A stretch of 64,000 nucleotides of DNA, taken from the IMG/VR virus record IMGVR_UViG_3300034072_000926, positions 401,260 to 465,259 of that record; one strand, given 5' to 3'. The notes under the pieces are model-generated. The model was not told the DNA's origin, did no database searches, and was given only the letters and a program-made list of their open reading frames with translations. The translations under genes and the position numbers were made by a program. The stretch's first letter is position 1. Each line of letters starts with the position of its first letter. Positions 57,032-63,690 of this stretch are shown one piece after another.

Positions 57032-57412
57032 TCATATCATCTTTTCCATAATAACATAGGTGCTGATAATCATAGCAAGATAACGCCAGTTGTTCCAACG
57101 CAAGGATTGCTTGATATAATACCAGTCCCTTAGTGAATCCTGACACCTCTGCGAATGATCTCGATAATCACCGTTGTGACGAATCACGTATTTCCCATTT
57201 TGGTAGCTGATACCCTGGAAGCCACTTCTCATATGCCTTCGTTCATTCTCTCGATGTGCTGCCGTTTCATCAGCATCAAAGGCAAGATTGGCGAAGATAC
57301 GAGTAGCATAATAGACAATGACCATCAGACAGATAAAGGTCTGGAGGTCTCTACCGTGCATACCCTGAAGGTATCCGAGGAATAGAGCGGCGGGGAGGAG
57401 AAGAAAGATCAT
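57032..57412 (-). CDS. membrane protein
   Basis: hydrophobic N- and C-terminal segments. Confidence 0.6.
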   Translation of the reverse strand: MIFLLLPAALFLGYLQGMHGRDLQTFICLMVIVYYATRIFANLAFDADETAAHRENERRHMRSGFQGISYQNGKYVIRHNGDYRDHSQRCQDSLRDWYYIKQSLRWNNWRYLAMIISTYVIMEKMI

Positions 57413-57654
57413 TTGATTTGAATTGCCGCTTGTCTACATTCTTGGAGGGAATCAATAGAAGCCCGTCCATAAGAGTTCTTCATAATCGTATCAACACATT
57501 GGAGATAGAAATCCCTTGTGGATTTCTTATCAGCAATTAGCCTATCCGAATTGGTTGGCATATCGCATGAACCTAGGACGACTAGACATAAAAGAAGACC
57601 GAAACGAGCAGAAGTCATAAAGTGACTATACTGTCGTTTCGGTCTGAAAATCAA
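57409..57654 (-). CDS. putative lipoprotein
   Basis: LLLCLVVLGSC lipobox-like sequence. Confidence 0.55.
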   Translation of the reverse strand: MIFRPKRQYSHFMTSARFGLLLCLVVLGSCDMPTNSDRLIADKKSTRDFYLQCVDTIMKNSYGRASIDSLQECRQAAIQIK

Positions 57655-57658
57655 TTTG

Positions 57659-57737
57659 TCCTAGATGTAGGAATCGAACCTACTCGTCTTTCGAAACCCG
57701 TTATGAGCGGGCAGGCTCCCCATTCGCCTTATCTAGG
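57659..57737 (-). tRNA. tRNA with CAU anticodon and long variable arm
   Basis: CCTAGAT/ATCTAGG, GCCCG-CT CAT AA-CGGGT, 12-nt variable region, GTAGG-TTCGATT-CCTAC; A8; no CCA. Confidence 0.7.
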
Positions 57738-57742
57738 ATGTT

Positions 57743-57879
57743 GTGACGGGCAAGTAATCGCTAATGGAATTTAGCCGGCTGCTCTAACCACCTGAGCTAC
57801 ACCGGGCCCTAAGACCCGATGAAGGGAGTCGAACCCTCGACACGCTGGTTGGGATAACCCATCAACTACGGCCCGTCAC
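57743..57879 (-). ncRNA. Y RNA-like element enclosing a circularly permuted tRNA (AT-CCC-AA loop, U73)
   Basis: GTGACGGGCCG..GGGTTATC / T-arm / acceptor closed by TTAG / D-arm / CTTGCCCGTCAC. Confidence 0.8.
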
Positions 57880-57937
57880 GTGTTCTTGATATGGTAAAAG
57901 GGCACTGTTGTCAAGCGCCCTTTTACCATAATGATTA

Positions 57938-58120
57938 TTAAATGTGGACGCCTGAGAGCAGTCCCGATTTCTGCAATAGAACCAGTAGGGCGATTACACC
58001 CACGACCAGTTTTGCTGGCATGTGGACAGGGGCCGGGAATGCCGAGTCAATGACCCAGAATGCACACCACACGATGGCCACAAAGATAACCAGCATTAGT
58101 AGAAGTGAAATGATATCCAT
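57938..58120 (-). CDS. small two-TM membrane protein
   Basis: 60 aa, two hydrophobic helices, AAGGAG SD. Confidence 0.7.
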   Translation of the reverse strand: MDIISLLLMLVIFVAIVWCAFWVIDSAFPAPVHMPAKLVVGVIALLVLLQKSGLLSGVHI

Positions 58121-58189
58121 GTCTTTTCTCCTTTTTCTGGATACTAATACTTACTAGGATAGGAGCGTGGTTAAACACATGGATCAAAA

Positions 58190-58218
58190 TGGTGCGCGCA
58201 GTGGGGGTCGAACCCACG
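58190..58218 (-). pseudogene. isolated tRNA 3' fragment (T-arm + acceptor strand + CCA)
   Basis: GTGGG-TTCGACC-CCCAC-TGCGCGC-A-CCA without a 5' half. Confidence 0.6.
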
Positions 58219-58224
58219 CTTGAG

Positions 58225-58298
58225 TGTCCCCAGTCGGATTCGAACCGACAACATGCGGGGTTTAAGGCCGCCGACTCTACCAGTTGGCCTATAGGGAC
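58225..58298 (-). tRNA. tRNA-Leu(UAA) with short variable loop
   Basis: GTCCCTA/TGGGGAC, CT-TAA-AC loop, GTCGG-TTCGAAT-CCGAC. Confidence 0.75.
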
Positions 58299-58307
58299 AT
58301 AAGTATT

Positions 58308-58392
58308 TGGTAGGCACGGTGGGACTCGAACCCACACGGATTAACCACACAATTTTAAGTCGTGCGCGTATGACCAATTTCGCCACGTGCCC
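58308..58392 (-). tRNA. tRNA-Leu(UAA)
   Basis: GGGCACG/CGTGCCT, GCG/CGC D-stem, CT-TAA-AA, extended variable region, A73, CCA. Confidence 0.88.
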
Positions 58393-58402
58393 ATGGAGAA
58401 GT

Positions 58403-58978
58403 ATGTCTAAGAACGAAGTGATAAAACAATTCGGCTACACATGTTCAGCTTGTAGCATATCTGAATGGATGGGTAAACCTATTTGTTTAGAGCTTGATCA
58501 CATCGATGGCAATAATCGAAACAATGAATTGTCGAATCTGCGTCTACTCTGTCCCAATTGTCACTCTCAGACAGAGACATTCAGAGGTCGCAATATCAAT
58601 AAAGGTGAGACTAAAGTTTCAGATGAGGATCTAGTCGAGGCTCTGACTTCGACGAAAAACATTCGTCAAGCCCTCATCAAGGTCGGTCTAACACCAAAGG
58701 GTATGAACTATCAGCGAGCTTCAAAACTTCTTAATCATCAATACCAAACGGTAGATAAGAATAATTCGCAATATGGATCAGTTTGGATCCATAATGGAAC
58801 TTCAAATAAGAAGATCAAAGCTGACTTACTTTCAGAATATCTCGAGCAAGGGTGGGTCAAAGGCAGGATCATGCTAACGAAAGCCCCATCACAACGCGGC
58901 AAGTTTTGGGTAACGAACGGTCTTCAAAACCGAATGGTTACTGAGATTCCTGAAGGATGGTGGAAAGGTATGTGTTAA
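58403..58978 (+). CDS. HNH homing endonuclease
   Basis: CSAC..LELDHIDGNNRNNELSNLRLLCPNCHS; inserted antisense next to tRNA-Leu. Confidence 0.9.
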   Translation: MSKNEVIKQFGYTCSACSISEWMGKPICLELDHIDGNNRNNELSNLRLLCPNCHSQTETFRGRNINKGETKVSDEDLVEALTSTKNIRQALIKVGLTPKGMNYQRASKLLNHQYQTVDKNNSQYGSVWIHNGTSNKKIKADLLSEYLEQGWVKGRIMLTKAPSQRGKFWVTNGLQNRMVTEIPEGWWKGMC

Positions 58979-58993
58979 GTCTCTACCTTTGGG

Positions 58994-59425
58994 CTATGCG
59001 CGCTTAACGTCCTCAACGGCTCGACGGAGAATGTCTTCCATCAGCGTATTGAACGTAATATCCCTCTTATGTGCTTCCTTGAATAGAAATAGAAGCAATT
59101 CGTCATCCAGATCGAGAGGTATCTGAACACGGAGATCGAAGGTCTTATTAGCCACGATGGCTTCGGCCTTCTCGACAAAGTCCTCAAGCACGTCAAGCTC
59201 AACAAACTCGATGCTCGTATCTAGCTGATCAGCTACGGCATCCTTATGATCTGGATCAATCCAACGATAAGCGAAGCTACCATGCTCATAATCGGGACGG
59301 GTCACAACAGTTAGGACACGAGTGCCATGACCCTGAACTACTCCGGCGGTCATTCTCGCAGTATCCTGATTCAGACCCTTGCTGGCCTGATCCACATACC
59401 AGTTATAGATTTCTGCTTCGTTCAT
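58994..59425 (-). CDS. hypothetical protein
   Basis: 143-aa ORF, RHH-like C-terminus, TAG stop. Confidence 0.65.
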   Translation of the reverse strand: MNEAEIYNWYVDQASKGLNQDTARMTAGVVQGHGTRVLTVVTRPDYEHGSFAYRWIDPDHKDAVADQLDTSIEFVELDVLEDFVEKAEAIVANKTFDLRVQIPLDLDDELLLFLFKEAHKRDITFNTLMEDILRRAVEDVKRA

Positions 59426-59446
59426 CTTGTTACCTCTTTATCTCAC

Positions 59447-60355
59447 CTACTTATTAGCAGGGTTAAGGTCAGAGGACAATCTTTCTTTCGCAAACTCGAT
59501 ATAATGTTCATCAACATCAAAGCCGAGCCAATCAAGACCTTCGGCTTGAGCCGCCACAGCACTGGTTCCTGTTCCCATAAAGGGGTCGAGGAGGGTTCCC
59601 TCGACGTTGCTGAACCTAATACAGCGACGAACCAATTCAACGGGGAAGGTTGCCGGATGAGAGCCCCTATGAGTCCCTCGACTAGCAATCGTTTCATACG
59701 GTATAAACCACACATTGCCGGGGCAATGTCGGTCGTCTACGGGCTTGGCTGATGCTAATTTGAGGGCTAGAGCGTCCTCGAGTGCAACCTTTTGCTCTTC
59801 GGTCGCATTCGCGTCATAGTCTCGCTTATCCTTCCATCCGGCTTTCTTGATCATACGACCACGCCAGCGGCCACTCTTGTCCAAGTTTGCTTTATCTGCA
59901 TATGGAACACCGACTGCCGATTTATTACAAGGGACATTGCCTGACTTTGTGAAGTGGAAGAGATGTTCCCATGTGGGATTTGCGAAACGCTCGCTATTGA
60001 TGGGCTTGTAATGACCCAATTGTTGATCATCGATTGCGATGCTTTTGGTCCAAATGAAATTGTTCTGTAGGACCATATGCTTGCGAGCTTCGTTGGCTAC
60101 ATCCATACCAACCCAGGGATCCACATTACTGTAGCCCATATTAAGCCAGAAATGTCCATCGGGTTTGAGCACTCGTTTCACTTCTGCGAAAACGCAAGAA
60201 AGCCACGTGAGATAATCCTCACGTGGCGTTGTATCTTGATATGTGGAATACTTGATTCCAAGATTATATGGAGGGCTAGTGACGCAGATATCTAGGGATT
60301 CTGCATCCAACTCTTTCAAACCCTCGAGGCAATCCTTCAGTTCTATTCTTCCCAT
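59447..60355 (-). CDS. beta-class amino DNA methyltransferase (N4-C/N6-A)
   Basis: VTSPPY, HPATFP, LLDPFMGTGTS. Confidence 0.92.
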   Translation of the reverse strand: MGRIELKDCLEGLKELDAESLDICVTSPPYNLGIKYSTYQDTTPREDYLTWLSCVFAEVKRVLKPDGHFWLNMGYSNVDPWVGMDVANEARKHMVLQNNFIWTKSIAIDDQQLGHYKPINSERFANPTWEHLFHFTKSGNVPCNKSAVGVPYADKANLDKSGRWRGRMIKKAGWKDKRDYDANATEEQKVALEDALALKLASAKPVDDRHCPGNVWFIPYETIASRGTHRGSHPATFPVELVRRCIRFSNVEGTLLDPFMGTGTSAVAAQAEGLDWLGFDVDEHYIEFAKERLSSDLNPANK

Positions 60356-60386
60356 ACATCTAATTAGCGATGTAGGAAAGTGAACT

Positions 60387-60557
60387 TTAGCCCAGGGTAG
60401 CGAGCTCCTCAGGGGTCAGCCGGCTCTTGATCTCTTCCACGGCTGCATTGATGCGAACCAGTTCGGGATGATCAGGCTGTTCCAGGCAGTCCAACCTCAA
60501 GCCATTCAGGCGAAGCTGGGCGTTGCGTAGGTGCTGAAGATTCGTTGCGTTGTTCAT
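60387..60557 (-). CDS. small hypothetical protein, 56 aa
   Basis: MNNATNLQHLRNAQLRL...; AGGAG SD; TTGCAA promoter; not in ORF track. Confidence 0.65.
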   Translation of the reverse strand: MNNATNLQHLRNAQLRLNGLRLDCLEQPDHPELVRINAAVEEIKSRLTPEELATLG

Positions 60558-60661
60558 GTATTCTCCTGTTGCTGGTCACGCATCAGTAGAACACAATTGC
60601 ATCCTTTGCAACCTAAAAATGTAACCGATTTAGTGACATGATTGGTTAGGAGCCTATAAGT

Positions 60662-60862
60662 ATGCAGAAACGCAACATACCCGAGGTGGGTTACATGTTC
60701 ATCCTACAATCACTTCTAGTTCTATATCTGACCGCAGCCATAGCAATGAGCGCAGCGCTCTGCAGGCATTATCCACAATTTATGGGATGGGCTAACGTGA
60801 GTCGCGGAATGGCTTGGCCAGTCACGATCTACGAAATCGTCTCAGGATTGATCGACGAATAA
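60662..60862 (+). CDS. small membrane protein
   Basis: hydrophobic segment; WPV motif. Confidence 0.5.
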   Translation: MQKRNIPEVGYMFILQSLLVLYLTAAIAMSAALCRHYPQFMGWANVSRGMAWPVTIYEIVSGLIDE

Positions 60863-60863
60863 G

Positions 60864-60953
60864 CGGGAAGCAGTGGAATTGAACCACTCACCTGTAGGGG
60901 TTATAGGTGCTCATAGCTTGAAGCCAGACTAGGACCATCCTAGCTTACTTCCC
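60864..60953 (-). tRNA. tRNA-Sec-like / allo-tRNA-like RNA, anticodon UCA
   Basis: GGGAAGT(A)/(T)GCTTCCC, 6-bp D-stem GCTAGG/CCTAGT with 5-nt loop, CT-TCA-AG, long variable arm CACCT/AGGTG, G73; anticodon stem weak. Confidence 0.7.
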
Positions 60954-61154
60954 AGGTTGCAAGCGATCATAGAACGTCCTCAAGAGATCGTTCGACATCT
61001 TTGCATAATAAGAACGCGGATAGTTGGTTGCAATGTGGTTGAGCTGATTACTCAGCATCTTTGCATCATCGGCTGAGATTTGACGATCATTGATCCAATC
61101 GCTTCCGTTGTGGTTGCGAAGCCAATAATTCTTATTCAATTCCCAAAGACGCAT
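60945..61154 (-). CDS. small protein starting MRLWEL after a TAAATA motif
   Basis: GGAGG SD; its stop codon overlaps the 5' end of the UCA tRNA. Confidence 0.6.
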   Translation of the reverse strand: MRLWELNKNYWLRNHNGSDWINDRQISADDAKMLSNQLNHIATNYPRSYYAKMSNDLLRTFYDRLQPGK

Positions 61155-61177
61155 AATATCCTCCACGTTCAGGATAT

Positions 61178-61453
61178 TTAGCGTTCTGGGCGATGCTCAA
61201 CTGTCCAACCAGGAAGCTCTCTTTGTAGCCTCTTGTGAAGGTTTGCGCCTTGTTTGTTGAATCCCTTGAGATCAAAGGGACGTTTGCGGTCCTCGACGTC
61301 TAGGTAGAATTCACTCTGTTCATACCAAAGCGTCCACTTATAGATATCATCGAAGAGTCGCTGACTGATGGGGAGTTCCTCGAGGTCCATCATGCTACCG
61401 TCTTTACTCCAAACACCACTGCTGGAATAATCGGCCATCAACTTAACGAACAT
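61178..61453 (-). CDS. hypothetical protein
   Basis: start MFVKLMADY after AAGGAG; the upstream ORF-track extension runs through an RNA gene. Confidence 0.65.
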   Translation of the reverse strand: MFVKLMADYSSSGVWSKDGSMMDLEELPISQRLFDDIYKWTLWYEQSEFYLDVEDRKRPFDLKGFNKQGANLHKRLQRELPGWTVEHRPER

Positions 61454-61462
61454 TGGAACTCC

Positions 61463-61706
61463 TTTTGAGGGCAAGTTTTGTGCTGGCCTTTCTTCCGCTG
61501 CGTCTGCCAATTCCGCCACCTCGCCCATCAACTGCCTTGGATACAACAGCAATTATGATCTTGCGTATCCATTCTTGTCTTACTGTCCTAGGCGGATTTT
61601 AGCCGGAGACCTAGTCCAAGACAGATGGTGGGGAGGGAAGGACTCGAACCTTCATGACTTTAGTCCACGGTCTTACATCGATAACCCAGAACTTCGGCCC
61701 TCAAAA
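61463..61706 (-). ncRNA. Y RNA-like element enclosing a permuted tRNA-Tyr-like domain (GTA, long variable arm, A73-CCA)
   Basis: TTTTGAGGGCCGAAG..GGGTTATC, 3' half ending CCTCCCC-A-CCA, ~95-nt linker, 5' half GGCGAGG-TG-GCG..CGC, CTTGCCCTCAAAA. Confidence 0.78.
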
Positions 61707-61715
61707 CGATCTAAA

Positions 61716-61858
61716 AGTTCGACGGGCAAGTGTTGCGAAGGACCTTTTTCAGCGTCCTATCCACTAGACGATCCCCGCACAATGGAGCGGGGACTGGGAT
61801 TCGAACCCAGGTTTCCGGCTTGACATGCGATAACCCTTTGCTATCGGCCCGTCGAACT
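61716..61858 (-). ncRNA. Y RNA-like element enclosing a permuted tRNA (AT-GTC-AA loop, Gly-like acceptor, CCA)
   Basis: AGTTCGACGGGCCGA..GGGTTATC, T-arm CTGGG/CCCAG, TCCCCGC-T-CCA-TTGT-GCGGGGA, D-arm, CTTGCCCGTCGAACT. Confidence 0.82.
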
Positions 61859-61894
61859 AATGACTTTATACACTGGCATCTAACCAGTGTCAAG

Positions 61895-61963
61895 TGCTCT
61901 AGGAGGGATTCGAACCCACAAGAGTCGCTTTAGGAGAGCAACGTCCGTCCAGTCGGCTAGAGC
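61895..61963 (-). tRNA. tRNA-Arg(CCU)-like with shortened D region
   Basis: GCTCTAG/CTAGAGC, TTGCT-CT CCT AA-AGCGA; only 15 nt between acceptor and anticodon stems. Confidence 0.6.
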
Positions 61964-61974
61964 ATAAGTAGAAT

Positions 61975-62283
61975 ATGTTTAGATATCTTCAACCCGGTGA
62001 AAAGGGCGACTATTGGGGAACCTCAAGTCTCCTTGAATGGCTTACAAAGCTTCTAAAAGGTCATGTTGTTCCGGAAGATGCAACTGTTCAGCACATTGAA
62101 TTCTTTCTTCAAGAATATTATGCCAATGCACAGAAAACAGGCCCATATGCTATAATCACTTTCTATCCTTCATCTATCCGATATTTGGGTCCTGAAGGAG
62201 TAGACGGGACTACCTTTGATGCTCATCGAATCAATATCAATTACGATACTAATCGAGTTATTCAAAGTATTAGCTTAGGGTAA
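61975..62283 (+). CDS. hypothetical protein
   Basis: AT-rich 102-aa ORF antisense within the tRNA island; C-terminus resembles small protease-inhibitor motifs (RININYD..VIQSISLG). Confidence 0.6.
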   Translation: MFRYLQPGEKGDYWGTSSLLEWLTKLLKGHVVPEDATVQHIEFFLQEYYANAQKTGPYAIITFYPSSIRYLGPEGVDGTTFDAHRININYDTNRVIQSISLG

Positions 62284-62284
62284 G

Positions 62285-62356
62285 TGGTCCTACCAAGATT
62301 CGAACTTGGGCTTACGCTTTCGTAGAGCGTCGTGATATCCATTTCACTATAGGACC
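62285..62356 (-). tRNA. tRNA-Arg(ACG)
   Basis: GGTCCTA/TAGGACC, GTGA/TCAC D-stem, ACGCT-CT ACG AA-AGCGT. Confidence 0.88.
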
Positions 62357-62361
62357 ATGGG

Positions 62362-62466
62362 TGACGAGCAAGTGGAGGATTCCGTGCGCTCCCAATTGAG
62401 CTAACCGTTGTTCGTGAACAACGATTGGAGTCGAACCAATGATAACGGAAGCCAATCGGCTCGTCA
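62362..62466 (-). ncRNA. YrlA-type Y RNA (T-arm, closed acceptor-like stem, D-arm, no anticodon)
   Basis: TGACGAGCCGA..CGTTATC-ATTGG-TTCGACT-CCAAT-CGTTGTT-CACG-AACAACG..GCTC/GAGC..CTTGCTCGTCA; compensatory change in the terminal stem. Confidence 0.82.
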
Positions 62467-62472
62467 TTTGTT

Positions 62473-62633
62473 TGAACCCCGAGGCCAGTTTCCGCACCTG
62501 GCTCCTTTCATCTCCGTCCATCTTCTCAAGATGGTGAGCTCGCCCAACAAACTTCAAAGATACTCGATTGGGGCGAAGGCCATCGATTGCCTAGCCTGAT
62601 CCGCTCTTTTTCTGAGAAGCTTCAAGGGGTTCA
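62473..62633 (-). ncRNA. candidate structured RNA within the tRNA island
   Basis: closed by TGAACCCC/GGGGTTCA; internal hairpins CCATCTT/AAGATGG, GCCAG/CTGGC, CGCCC/GGGCG. Confidence 0.45.
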
Positions 62634-62634
62634 G

Positions 62635-62705
62635 TGCTCTGAGAGAGAATCGAACTCTCGTTGGCGGGTTACGAATCCGCTATCTTACCACTAAATGACC
62701 AGAGC
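62635..62705 (-). tRNA. tRNA-Thr(CGU)
   Basis: GCTCTGG/TCAGAGC, TT-CGT-AA loop, GAGAG-TTCGATT-CTCTC. Confidence 0.78.
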
Positions 62706-62710
62706 GTGGT

Positions 62711-62784
62711 TGGTGCCGGCTAAGGGAATCGAACCCTTGATTGATGCTTACAAGGCAACTGTTATACCATTTAACTAAGCCGGC
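62711..62784 (-). tRNA. tRNA-Thr(UGU)
   Basis: GCCGGCT/AGCCGGC, GTTA/TAAC, CT-TGT-AA, A73-CCA. Confidence 0.88.
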
Positions 62785-62789
62785 ATTTT

Positions 62790-62923
62790 CCATAGTTTGT
62801 GATCAGACCAGTGACCGCCACGGTTGAGCGTCTGTCTAGCGTCCTTCGTGTAAAAACTCTAGATACTACTGCCTAAGCGGGTAGCCTAATCCGCCCAGAT
62901 TACTCCGAACGAACCAACTATGG
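62790..62923 (-). ncRNA. candidate structured RNA
   Basis: 8-bp terminal inverted repeat CCATAGTT/AACTATGG; ORF-free; lies between tRNAs. Confidence 0.35.
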
Positions 62924-63017
62924 AAGAAACAAAGAGCCTCGCAGCGCATTACTTCTGTAAACTCTTTGTTTCCGATCTGGACTCTACAGCAGTACATCCG
63001 TGCTGTCAAGTCCATAG

Positions 63018-63086
63018 AGGCCCTGTCGAGACTCGAACTCGACATCAGACGTTCGAAGCGTCCGGGCTAGATCCACTAGCAGGGCC
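63018..63086 (-). tRNA. tRNA-Arg(UCG)-like with shortened D region
   Basis: GGCCCTG/CAGGGCC, GGACG-CT TCG AA-CGTCT, TCGAG/CTCGA; 16 nt between acceptor and anticodon stems. Confidence 0.6.
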
Positions 63087-63087
63087 A

Positions 63088-63378
63088 TTAGATCGCCATG
63101 AACATCATCTTGAAGGTCATAGCGTGTTTCTTCTCAAGAAACCAGATCTCTCTGGTCAGAAGCTCTCGGTCGCAAGTCTTATGCCACCAAGTGTCTCCAC
63201 ATTGCCCGATCATGCGTTCGAACCACTGGAGACTCTCAAGCTTCATATACCGATAGCCTTCGCTCCAGTCCTTCATCGACAACCCTCTGTCGAATTTGTC
63301 GAACGGGTCGAACAACTTGTCGGTCTCTTCCCGGCTGAGCTCGAAGACATAGTCTCCGTTCTCTTCATACATGTTCAT
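63088..63378 (-). CDS. hypothetical protein
   Basis: 96-aa ORF ending KHAMTFKMMF. Confidence 0.65.
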   Translation of the reverse strand: MNMYEENGDYVFELSREETDKLFDPFDKFDRGLSMKDWSEGYRYMKLESLQWFERMIGQCGDTWWHKTCDRELLTREIWFLEKKHAMTFKMMFMAI

Positions 63379-63435
63379 GCTTGCCTCCTGTCAACGACAC
63401 GTTAAACTAGAGGCAAGCATGAAGTCAACACCAGG

Positions 63436-63690
63436 TTATTTGTCAGCGATTGCATCAGTGGTCGCGAAACGCAGAAGCGCAGTCGTGATACCAACAACCG
63501 AGAGCAAAGCACCATAATGGTTTCCGATTACATCCTTCAGGAAAGGCATGTAGAGCTCAACAGCACCAAGAATGGTAACTGCGGTCGAGAACCAAACGGT
63601 CTTGGATTTGCCGGCCTTGAGCAACCAGTCCTTAGCGTTAAAGCCTAGGCTCTTTAGTGCGTCAAGTGCGGGAACAACATTGTAGGCCAT
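63436..63690 (-). CDS. small two-TM protein, possible holin
   Basis: KSKTVWF..two TM helices..LRFAT; TAAATA motif and GGAGATCGG leader upstream. Confidence 0.6.
   Translation of the reverse strand: MAYNVVPALDALKSLGFNAKDWLLKAGKSKTVWFSTAVTILGAVELYMPFLKDVIGNHYGALLSVVGITTALLRFATTDAIADK

Noticed and set aside
57743-57879. Two-piece tmRNA or permuted group I/II intron
   Set aside because: A full D-arm is present, there is no G3-U70 or tag frame, and the flanks total ~60 nt without intron core motifs; they match the Y RNA stem instead
58047-58386. ORFs 58047-58337, 58171-58386, 61575-61933, 62312-62599 and 20771-21082
   Set aside because: Translations of tRNA or Y RNA sequence
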